Source of the DNA: the human T2T-CHM13v2.0 reference genome, Homo sapiens | NCBI RefSeq assembly: GCF_009914755.1 | Contig: NC_060926.1 | DNA length: 64,000 nt | Direction: 5' to 3' (one strand) | In this document: in pieces, positions 51,560 to 62,384 of the stretch | How the letters are laid out: each line of letters opens with the position of its first letter | Position numbering within the stretch: position 1 is the first letter of the stretch | The notes under the pieces: generated by a model | Databases searched by the model: none | What the model was told of the DNA's origin: nothing | The model's input: the letters and a program-made list of their open reading frames with translations, nothing else | Program-made: the position numbers and the translations under genes

Positions 51560-52030
51560 CAGGTACCCCTCCCCCTCTAGGCCCCCTTTCCCTCCAGGTC
51601 CCTCCCCACCTCCAGAACCTCCCTCCCCTCCACACCTCCCCTCCCCCTCCAGGCCCCTTTCCCTCCAGGTCCCTCCCCACCTCCAGAACCTCCCTCCCCT
51701 CCACACCTCCCCCCCTATCCAGGCCCCTTTCCCTCCAGGTCCCTCCCCACCTCCAGAACCTCCCTCCCCTCCACACCTTCCCTCCCCCTCCAGGCCCCTT
51801 TCCTTCCAGGTCCCTCCCCACCTCCAGAACCTCCCTCCCCTCCACACCTCCCCTCCCCCTCCAGGCCCCTTTCCCTCCAGGTCCCTCCCCACCTCCAGAA
51901 CCTCCCTCCCCTCCACACCTCTCCCCCCATCCAGGCCCCTTTCCCTCCAGGTACCTCCCCACCTCCAGAACACCCCTCCCCTACAGTTCTCCTCTCTCCA
52001 TCCAGGTCCCCTTTCTCTCCAGGTCCCCCT
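51560..52030. repeat. ~71-bp polypyrimidine minisatellite, ~6 copies
   Basis: aggcccc..ttcc recurs at 51579, 51651, 51721, 51792, 51863 and 51933. Confidence 0.95.
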
Positions 52031-53544
52031 CCAGTTATGTCCCCCATCCTCCTATACTCCCCTCCCCTATTTACACTATCCCTACGCCTCCTTCCTCCTA
52101 GTCCCTCAGCTCCTAAGCCCCCTCTATATGCAGAGAAACCCCTACCTCGACTCACTGCCCCCACCACCATGGGAAAGAAGCTGGAAAAATGGCTGTAGTC
52201 AGGGGCCATGCAGAGCTGGAGGGAACACCAAGCGTGAGCCTGCAGGCCGATGGCGAGCGGTCAGGGTGGCGAGGAGGGTGACGGCATCCTTTCAGCCTGG
52301 CTTCTGCCTCCACCCCTCAGGGCACCCCAGTTTCTCAGATCCGCTCTGACAATGAATCCGCGCCTTCCGGTCTTGGCTCCCAGCCAGGTCCATGACACTG
52401 GGAATACAGCGCTCTAATTAACGGCCCTCATTAATCAGGGCTCAAACCGGGCAGAACTCAGATCCGGCCCGGAGGGGAGATGAGTGCTGGCCGCCCCAAC
52501 AAAGGCCAGTTTCTGTCTCCGCCAAGCATCCCCGCTGAGCACGGAACCCTGGGCCGGCGAGACCTGGGACCTGATCGGAAGGCACAGGAGACACAGACCC
52601 AGGCCTGGGAGAAGCCGTGGAACCAGCACTCTAGGAAGGCTGGAAGGCTGCAGAACATCATTATTTTCTGTGTGCTTCATTGCCCAGAACCTCTCAGCAG
52701 TGATCCCACAGCCAACAGAATAAAACCCATGCTCCCAGCTAAATATGGAAAGCCTTGTGATCTGACCCAGGGTAACCCAAGCCCTCCTCCCATCCCTGGC
52801 AGCTCCACAAACTGTCTGGTGACAAGCCCAGATAGGCACTCTTGCCTGCCTGTGGGCGTCTAGTGATGCGCCTACAAGGCCAGCTGCACCTCCCCATGCC
52901 GGCCACATGCGACCCAGCCAGACCCGGTCATTCCAGAGGACACCACCCTGTGGCCGCTGCTCTAGCAAGGGCAGTGGCTCTGGGCACAGGCTGCCCGGCA
53001 GGTCTTCCCTCCTCTGCCCAGGTCAGGTACAGATTTTGTAGATTCAACCTTGTCCTTTGGAATTTGACTTCAGCCAGGCACAGAGGCATCCCCTGCTCCA
53101 TGCAGCTCTGCACTGGGCCTCTGGCTCATGGGCCCTCCTCACCAGCACCCACTCCCCGCCCCGATCCTCACTGCACAGCACCCATGCGCCCTCCGATGCT
53201 CTGCTAGGCCAAGGCTTCTTTGTGCTCCTGGCGTCTGAGCACTTTCTCCATGGACTTGCACAGCAATGTATTAGAGCATCAGTATAGTGCATCTCACAGT
53301 CTGCCAGTTACTATTGTTATTCAAAACAATCCTTTATCTCTCCCAGATTTTAACTACCTTGAAGACAGGGCTTTAATGAGTCCCACTCATTCCACCAGTG
53401 TTCAGCACCATCTCCATAACAAACAGATACAGGTAAAATGTATCAGAAATGTCCTTATTTTTAAATAAGAAGTCAAGGATTGGATTTAGGACTACAGGAC
53501 CCCATGCTCTGACTTATTTTTAGATTTTAGAAGAAAGGAGACAC

Positions 53545-53783
53545 TTTTTTTTTTTTTTTTTTTTTTGAGACAGAGTCTCTTCTGTTACCCAGGCTGGAGA
53601 TTCTCCTGCCTCAGCCTGAGACTACAGGCGTGCGCCACCACACCCAGCTAATTTTGTATTTTTAGTAAAGGCAGGGTTTCACCATGTTGCACAGGCTGGT
53701 CTTGAACTCCTGACCTCAAGTGATCCACTGGTCTCGGCCTCCTAAAATGCTGAGATTCTAGGTGTGAGCCACTGCACCTGGCC
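53545..53783 (-). mobile_element. AluS with two internal deletions in the right arm
   Basis: Poly-T, gagacagagtct...aggctggag|attctcctgcctcagcct|gagactacagg...cctggcc. TSD acactttt. Confidence 0.93.
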
Positions 53784-55384
53784 ACACTTTTCAAGATAAT
53801 TCGCCCTCACCTTAGCATCTGAATGCATCCATAACAGGTAAATCTTATAGGTAACCAAAGATATGACAGAATTATCCTTTTGACTTTGTTATCTTACAGA
53901 TCATTTTCAAAGGCATGGTGATTGTTCCAAGCCAGCACAGCCAGGACATCTGTTGACAAAGGCACCTGACGTGGGGTGGAGCCCCTGTTCCAAAGGTCCC
54001 AGGCCTTGGGTGAAGCAGACAGTGGGATTCATTCAGCTCCCAAGGTTGCCACTGGGACAAAATTAATTTGGGCCTCAATATTAATTCATGCTCATCTGAT
54101 GTATCTCTTTCTCCTACAAGCAGAGCACAGCCTACCATGCAGGGCAGTGAAGCCGCCCCTTATTTCCAGATGACGGGGCACTCGCTCTATCTCCAGCGGA
54201 CATGGATTTACCCAACAGCATCAGCTGAACCTGCACTGAGCATGACAAAATGCAGGTAGCACGCAGCTCTTCACAGGATGGTTTCAACTGTGGAATCATG
54301 GAAAAGCATGAAACGTGCAGTCAGCTATCCATGTTGAGTCCTGGCTCCATCATTTGATTAGTTGAAAGACCTTGGTGGAAACTGAATCTCTTTGAATCTC
54401 ACTTTCCCTATCTGTAAATTGGATTTAAAGACACCCATCCTACTTATGCCAGACTTGCCTCAAATGTCAAGATGACAATAGAGAAAGCGCAAAGAAGCCT
54501 CCCTCTGCAGTAAAGAGAAAATATCTACCCAAAGACCAGGCAGCATGTCACGGGTTCTCGGGAATGCCAGTCTCTTCTCCCACCTCATTCCCATGGAAAC
54601 CTGTGTGAGGCTGGTTGCAGGCGGGAAAAGGACAACAGTGGAGCCTCAGACCTGGCAGAGTCCCTGGGTGAACGCAGGGCTGGGAAGATGTAAGAAGCCA
54701 GTTACCTCCAGAAGGCACGGCTCCTGGTAGGCTGACTGCTAAACTGGAAACAAGACTTCTGTGGGCAGAAGGGACAACTGGGAACCAAGAGAGCAGCATC
54801 CCGAGTCACAGAAAGAAACAAAGGAGTTGCAGGCACAGCGAGGACCAAGCAGGCGTCTTCTGGACGGTGCCAGCCCTGCCTCTGCCATAGCCCTGCCCAC
54901 AACAAGCGTCCCCGCCCCTGGCAAGTATCCCTTCTCCACGGCAAGTGTCCCCACCCTACGCCATCTCACCGGAGCCAGATGACTCCCAGCAAAGGCTGCA
55001 GCGATGGGAGAGTCCAGGTACTGCACCTGCCATCATTAGTCTCTGCTTCCACGAGATGGTCCAGGAGGCCTCCCCTCCATGCCTATTTTTATGCTAATTC
55101 CAGGGTAATTGGCTTATGGTTGTCCCCACATCAAAAACAAAAACACCCTGGGCTGTCGATCACCTTTCGGTCTACTCTAAGCTCTGGGGCTACTACTTCT
55201 TTAATTGGGAAGAATGGGCGTTTTGCTTTTTTTTTTTTTTTAAGCTCCAAATGGTTGTTTTCATCCCCCAATCACTGGCTCAGGTATTCTCTAAACTTTA
55301 TTTGCTGCCTCCAGCCAAACTTAGACCAGGGCTCTGAGTCAGAAATCTAGTCGACAATCTCTGTTTCCTTTATCCTGGCCCTCC

Positions 55385-56545
55385 TGTGACACAATAGAAA
55401 TATATTTGGTCTTCGTCCCTGGTTCCTGGCATGGCGCTCTTAAGCGCTTTGAATTTTCTGAATGGTAGGAGTGACTTTGGTTATTCACAGAGAACCCCCT
55501 CTAACATACATGAGTTTAGGCTAATGTGGTGACGCACTGTGAGGGGGCCTTGGAGGGCTTCAGGAAGGGGGCTGATCACCAGACGAACAAGCATGTGCCC
55601 CTGATTAGAGGGTTAGAACTTTCACCCCAGCCCCATCCTCCCTGAAGGGAAGAAACACTACAGGTTGAGCTCAATCACCAACGGCCGATGATTGAATCCA
55701 CCGTGTCTCAGCAATGAAACTCCATCTAAAAATACCGAAACAAGGAGGCTTGAGGGGCTTCTGGGTTGTTGAATGCAGGCAGACGCAGGGGCATTGAATT
55801 AGTCTGTTTTCACACTGCTGATAAAGACATACCTGAGACTGGGTAATTTATAAAGAAAACGAGGTTTAACGGACTCACAGTTCCACGTGGCTGGGGAGGC
55901 CTCATAATCATAACAGAAGGCAAAAGGCACGTCTACATGGTGGCAGCAACAGAGGATGAGAGCCAAGTGAAAGGGATTTCCCCTTATAAAACCATCAGGT
56001 CTCGCGAGACTTATTCACTACCATGAGAACAGTATGGGGAAAACCGCCCCCGTGACTCAACTATCTCCAGCTGGGTCCCTCCCACAACACGTGGGAATTA
56101 CGGGAGCTACAATTCAAGATGAGATTTGGGTGGGGACACAGCCAGACCATATCAGAGGTGGAGCACCCAGTGAGGGCACGGAGCTCCTGCCCCCTCCCCA
56201 GACCTTGCCTCATGTGCTTCTCATCTGGCCATTCATTCCTGTCCTTTTGAATAAACCAGTAATCGTAAGCATAAAGCTTTCCTGAGTTCTGTGGCTTGCT
56301 CTCGAAAATTATCAAACTTGAGGAGGGTCGTAGGAATCCTCAAATATACAGCTGCTTGATCAGAAGTGCAGGTGGTCCCCAGGACTTGGAGCTGGCATCT
56401 GGAGTGAGAGCATTCTTGTGTGTCTGAGCCCCTAAGCCCGTGGGTTCAGCATTAACTCCAAGTGGTTAGCCTCAGAATTCACTGAATCACTGGACACGTG
56501 ACTGGCATCAGAGCATCACTGCTGGAAAATGGGCCTCCACATCTG
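55385..56545 (+). mobile_element. MER21-family LTR interrupted by a THE1 LTR
   Basis: tgtgacacaatagaaatatatttggtcttcgtccctggttcctggca... It resumes after 56154 (gagggcacggagctcc...aataaaccagtaa...ctgagttctgtg). Confidence 0.8.
55795..56154 (-). mobile_element. THE1B-like solo LTR
   Basis: ttagtctgttttcacactgctgataaagacatacctgagactggg...ggggacacagccagaccatatca. Confidence 0.93.
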
Positions 56546-58394
56546 CTTCAGAGCCATGCCTCACCCACCCAGCCATTAGCACCTCCCCAGCGCCACCCAG
56601 GAAAGGCGCTCCTCATCCTCCTGCTAAGGGAGCGCCACACCACGCCACTGCCCTACTGGACTTACCCACATTCCTCTGCTTACAACAGCTTAGTGAGTCC
56701 CCATTACCTGAAACATGACGGTCAGAAAAACACTCTTTATAATTAACTGTGGGGCAGATTTTGCTGCTCTCACCCGGGGAGAATACAAGTGGAATGCTTT
56801 GTCACTTGACTGAGCAGGTCTCAGCTACCATAGGCTGTCTGGGGAAATGGAGGCTTCCATTCCACTCCCCATGCATGGCCAAACCACTGAAACCTTCCAG
56901 AAAGGCTCAAGTCACCATATGCTGAGATTTCCCATGATAAAATCCAAACCACGCATATTGCATACGTGTGCAGGGGGAAATGGCATGGAAAACCTTTGGA
57001 GAATGTGCCCTGAGCCTGCCTGCCTTGCCCCAGTGCATCCCAGCCTGGCAGGACGAGGGGAACGCATTGCTGAAATCATCCATCCTTCTCAAAGCTTGCT
57101 TTGGTTTCCCTTTTATTGTTCTTTGATGTCTTAAAAACAAGAACGAAAAAGACATCTCAAATGGAGAGGATCAGTTTCTCTTTTTTACTATAACCCTTAC
57201 TGCTTCACATTGGACTAATATAGCCAAAATTAAAGCTGCATCTAAGCCTTTTATGACCTTGGGGTACATGACAGCACCAAAATTTGGCGACATTCTGGAA
57301 AGAACAATTCAAGTTGTTTTCCCCCAACACTTTGGCATTCCTCCAAGACATGATAAGGTGGATGGGGCTGGGGTGGTCAACCTTGCCCAGAAGTCCCCTG
57401 TGCTCGGGCTCTGGCCCCTGTCCAGCCTTGGTTCTCAGCTCCCTTGCCTTGGTCCCCTGGGACTCCTTCCCTGGCCATTCAGGCAGAGCTCATCCCAGCC
57501 TCTATGCCCCTCTGCTCTTCCTTGTGTTATATATTTAGGCCAACGCTCGTCAAATATGCCATTTATCTTTTTAATTGCAAGTTTTCACTCTTGGCTGTAG
57601 CTCCTTGAGGACAGAGACCACATTCTATTTATGTTAACAACAATAAACTTTAACTGGCTTTACCCTAAGTGAGATTTACCACTAAGCTTTTAATATGTAT
57701 TCTCATTGAAACCTCACAGCCATCCTCATTTTACAGCTGAGGGGCCTAAGAAAGAATCCTTCCCAAGGGCAAACAGCCAGAAAGTGACTCAGCCAGAGCT
57801 TGAACTCAGGCACAATCTTGACCCTGGCAGCAGCAAGTGGAGCACCTGGCCTTGGTGCTGAATGACCATAGAGCAATGATGACCAAAATGCTGACGGCAT
57901 TGGCACTCCATCATCACAGCTAATATCTGAGAAGACAGCTTTCTCACACACGTGGGCTGTTTGGCTCAGGCAATGTCATCATATATCATATTCTCAAATG
58001 GGACTTGTGGCATATTCACAAGTATCTTAGAGGTGATGACTAATGCAGGTCCAACCCTTGCAGCAAGCCTGGACATAGAGTAAGAGGTACCCAGAGAGCT
58101 GATCCCCAGACAGTGTATGGAATAGAAAGAGCTTGGGATTTGGAGTGAAGACAGACAAATAATAAAATAGAATTTAAAATCTGGCTCTGGAGGCCACAGA
58201 ACAAACCATGCCTGCATTTCTGAGTAATGAAGAAGTGGTCATCCTCAATTAGGTTGATTCAACAAGCTTTCTTTAGTTACAGATGTGTAGGTGAAGTGGT
58301 GGAGGGGGATGCAGGCAAAGAATGACCACTTGTGATTTTTAAAGTTACTTTTTCATTGGCTTATTTTTTCATGCAAGCAAAATTACCTGTGTAT

Positions 58395-59120
58395 GAAGTC
58401 AAGATGCATGGACCAGTCATGATTGTATGGAAGTTATACTGCATGGAAGCCATAATACCTGAATATTATGACACACAGACCACTCATGATGCACGGAACC
58501 CATGCTGCATGGTCATCATGTTGCATCAAACAGTCACAACACATGGAAACCATACTGCATGAAAAACATGAGGCACAGTAGCCATAATGCATAGAAGTCA
58601 TGAGGCATGGAGGCCATAATGCATGGAAGACATGATGAGTGGAAGCAATAATGCATGGAAGACATGACGCATGGAAGCCATCATGCATGGAAGTCAAGAG
58701 GCATGGAAGCCATAATGCATGGAAGACATGATGAGTGGAAGCAATAATGCATGGAAGACATGATGCATGGAAGCCATCATGCATGAAAGCTATGATGCAT
58801 GGAAGCCATCATGCATGGAAGTCAAGAGGCATGGAAGCCATAATGCATAAAAGTCGTGATGCATGGAAGCCATAATGCATGGGCCAGTCATGATGCACAG
58901 AAGTCATCATGCATGGAGGCCATAAATGCAAAGAGGTCATGATGCACGGGCCAGCCACAATGCATGGAAATTATGATGCATGGAAGCCATGATGCGTGGG
59001 TCAGCCATAACTCATAGAAGATATGATGCATGAAAGTCATGATGTATGGAGGCCATAATGCGTGAAGTCATGATGCATGGACCAGTCGATGCATGGAAGT
59101 CATGAGGAATGAATGTCATA
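58395..59120. repeat. 16-bp-period ATGCATGGAAG minisatellite with 96-bp higher-order duplication
   Basis: Units gcatggaagccataat / gcatggaagacatgat. The minus-strand ORF repeats a 32-aa (96-nt) block. Confidence 0.93.
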
Positions 59121-61099
59121 ATCTGGCCCTCCCTTTCTCTTCAGAGACACCTTACCGAGTCCCAAGTCTTTCATTGATCCTGGGCCCTTATATGTTATTG
59201 TCCAACAATACTGAATGGATGAGGTCCTTCAAACACATCATGTTTTATGTCTTTTAACCTTTTCACTTTTTCTCTGCCAGAATTTCCCTGCCCTCCTTCT
59301 ATTACCTCTAATCTTGTCCACTTTCCAGGTTATGCTAGAACGTCAGAGTCATTCCCTGGTCTCCCCCAAGACCTATTCATTTGTCCTCCCAAAGCACCTT
59401 GAGCTTACTTCCTACCTTGTACCTAAAGGACTTGGGAACAGAGTTAGCTCTTCCCCTCTGTGTCACACTGCTGCAGAAGTGTGAGATTCCTGAGAACAAG
59501 ACACAGCCTTCATGATCTGAAAACACATGCCTGTGTCTATCACATGGCAGGAAACCTATAAACGCATCAGAATAAAATAAATAAATGATCAAACAAACTC
59601 CTTACTTACCTCCTAGGCTCGTGGGTCAGGATCCAGGCACTGTGCTTAGTCTGCAATGTTTGCTAAACCCTCTTCTTTTTCCTTAATAATCATTGTTCTC
59701 TTAAACTACAAAAAGCTTTTTATCCCTCTTAAAATAGGCCTAGGTGATATCAAAGTGAACTCTGGTCTGAAAGATGCCCAGGAGACATGAATGTCACTTT
59801 GTTTCATGGTAGCTTTTTCTGAGAAAGAACATAGAAAAACTGGGCTCTGAGAATATCCAAGCATGCCCCCATTGGGGTATCCAGGTTTTGCTCCAGGAAG
59901 CATTGCAGGGGAAAAAAAGCATAAGAAAGACAGGGAGATGGGCAGGCTTTGAAGACCAGAATTATAAGCTCCAAGTGTGCATTTAAAGCTGAGTGAGGTG
60001 AGGCATATAAATGGAAACTAATTAATCTGAAGGAGTGATGTTCTGGTGGATATTCGAGTTTGCCTGGGTGCCATCTGGCCAAATGCTCACAAAAGAGCTA
60101 ACTGTAAACAGAGAAACCCAGAAAAGCATCTTGGAGATGGGAAGCTGCCTGTGAGTACCGCCAACCAGGCCAGGACAGCCCAGAGCTTGCTGCTCCTGAG
60201 GCCTCACCCCCAGCTTGCCTTCAGCTACAAAGTAAAGTGCAGGGAATGGACCAGGAGACCTGGGGTCAGAGATCTGAGTTCAAGTCCTTGTGGGGCACCT
60301 GCTGACAAGGTGACCTGGAGAAAGTCACGCAGCCTCACTGAAGCTCCATCTTCTTCTTTGTCATCCACCACACAGAAACATTGTGAATTGCAGCCCCCTC
60401 TGTGACAGTGCTTGGAAGATTGCAAAGGGCTCTGCAAGCAGGAGCTACCATTATGTGAATCAAGTCCCTGCAAGAGTTCAGAAATGTTGCTGGTAAGAAA
60501 GCCATGTCTTCCAGCTCCAAAATCATTTACTCCTTGGTTCATGGACTCAGGCATCTGGTCATCTAATATTGAATGAGGATGTAAAGTGCTGACAGCAATG
60601 TGTGAAAACAGTGCCACTCAGGCCCACTGCTACTCTCCAGTGTGGGAGGAGGCAGCAGAGGCCACATGGAGACTGTGGACTTTAGGGCTGAGCAGGCCCC
60701 TGAGTGAACCACCTCTGCTGTTGCATGATGATTCCTGAAAAGGGGGAATCTCACCTGACCTTGCAGGTGCCCCATGCTCAGCACAGCACCTGATACAACA
60801 CAGGGACCCTGAGGCCATGACATGCTGATCCTCCTGCCCTTCTTGTCTTAGGCCCTGGTAGCCAATGATCATCCAGAAAAACCCTGGGAAACACGGCATC
60901 AGCAATGGATCTGGAGACCCAGCGCTGAGAAGGCTCAATGACAAAAGCCTATGGAAACCACAAAGGTCTATATTTGGGGTCATGAGACAGAGGACAAACA
61001 GGGAGAAGAAATGGTTGTCGGAGACTCAGCACCCCTGCCATGGTCTGACGGGACCATCGTGACCCCTAGACACCAGAATCACTGAAGGCTATATAGGCC

Positions 61100-61474
61100 T
61101 GTATTAGCCTGTTCTCACACTGCTAATAAAGATTAATTATAATAATAATTAATAATAGTTTATAAAGAAAAAGAGGTCGAATGAACTCACAGTTCCAAAT
61201 GGCTGGGGCAGCCTCACAATCATGGTGGTAGGTGAAGGAGGAGCAAAGGCACATCTTACATGGTGTCAGGCAAGAGAGAGCATGTGCAGGAGAACTGCTC
61301 TTTATAAAACCATCAGATCTCATGAGACGTATTCACTATCATGAGAACAGCACAATAAAAGCCCATCTCCACTATTCGATGGCCTCGCACCAGGTCCCTC
61401 CAATGACACGTGGGAATTATAGGAGCTACAATTCAAGATGAAATTTGGGTGGGGGGCACAGCCAGACCATATCA
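61100..61474 (-). mobile_element. THE1C-like solo LTR
   Basis: tgtattagcctgttctcacactgctaataaaga...cagccagaccatatca. TSD aggcc/agccc. Confidence 0.92.
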
Positions 61475-61619
61475 AGCCCTCTCTGCCACAGGCTCTGTGC
61501 TCTGTGGGCTCCGTGGTGCAACCCCTCCCTGCCCACCTCACCCCTCTGGCCTCCATGTCTTAGTCCTGGTCATGGGTTCTTCTTTTCCACGGCCTCCTTA
61601 CTTTATCCTGGAACGCTGC

Positions 61620-62260
61620 ATTTCTCACCCTAAGAGCACTGGTCCTACAAGTGCTTGTAGTTTAAACTTTCCTTCTGGCTTATGGCTTCCAGACCTAGAG
61701 ATCAGCCCCAAACTCTGCCCTAACATTTAAAGCAGACTGTTCATTCCTTGTTAGTCAGTTGGGTGTCCTGCAGGACTTTAAATTTACATCCAAAACCAAA
61801 CTCATTACCTTCCTCCAAATTGGCTTCTCTCATTACCTTCCAGTTGTCTGAGCCCAAGCCTGGAGCCAGCACAAGCTCTGTGTCCTCCCTTCACATCCTC
61901 TTGTCCCCTGCATCCCTCACATGTTCCTTAAGTCCCATATCCAGCTGATTTTAACCCCTATGGATGTCTTGCCTCCTTTGTCTTCCTAAGCTCACCACCA
62001 ATGGCCTGGTTTAGAAGCCCATCACACCCAGGCAGACTGCCTCGAGAGCCACATGGTCTTCCCACATCCAGTCCCACCTGCTTAGGTCCACTCTGCACAC
62101 AGCAGCCAGGGTGGGCTGCTGACACCATAGTCTCTCCAGATCTCTTGACAACAAAGCACCAGCTTTGTTCACATCGTGCACAGGGTGAACCACAAGCTTC
62201 CTTCCTTGGATCACAGAACCCTGAAGTGGACTGCTTCCCCTCCGCTTGAGCCTCTGTTCC
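61620..62260 (+). mobile_element. L2 3' fragment
   Basis: ttgggtgtcctgcaggactttaaatttacatccaaaaccaaactcattaccttcctcc is L2-like. Confidence 0.55.
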
Positions 62261-62384
62261 TGTCACGCCCACCCTGGTGCCCATTCCCTGGTCACCAGGA
62301 GCTTCAGGACCCCCTGCCTCCTGCTTGCACAGGCTCCTCTCCCTTGCTCACCACCCCTGACTCCCTTCCCACACTGGCTCATCC

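Noticed and set aside
55887-55899. PRDM9 hotspot motif in the THE1B-like LTR
   Set aside because: Reads CCTCCCCAGCCAC on the minus strand. It lacks the T at position 7 needed for CCTCCCTNNCCAC.
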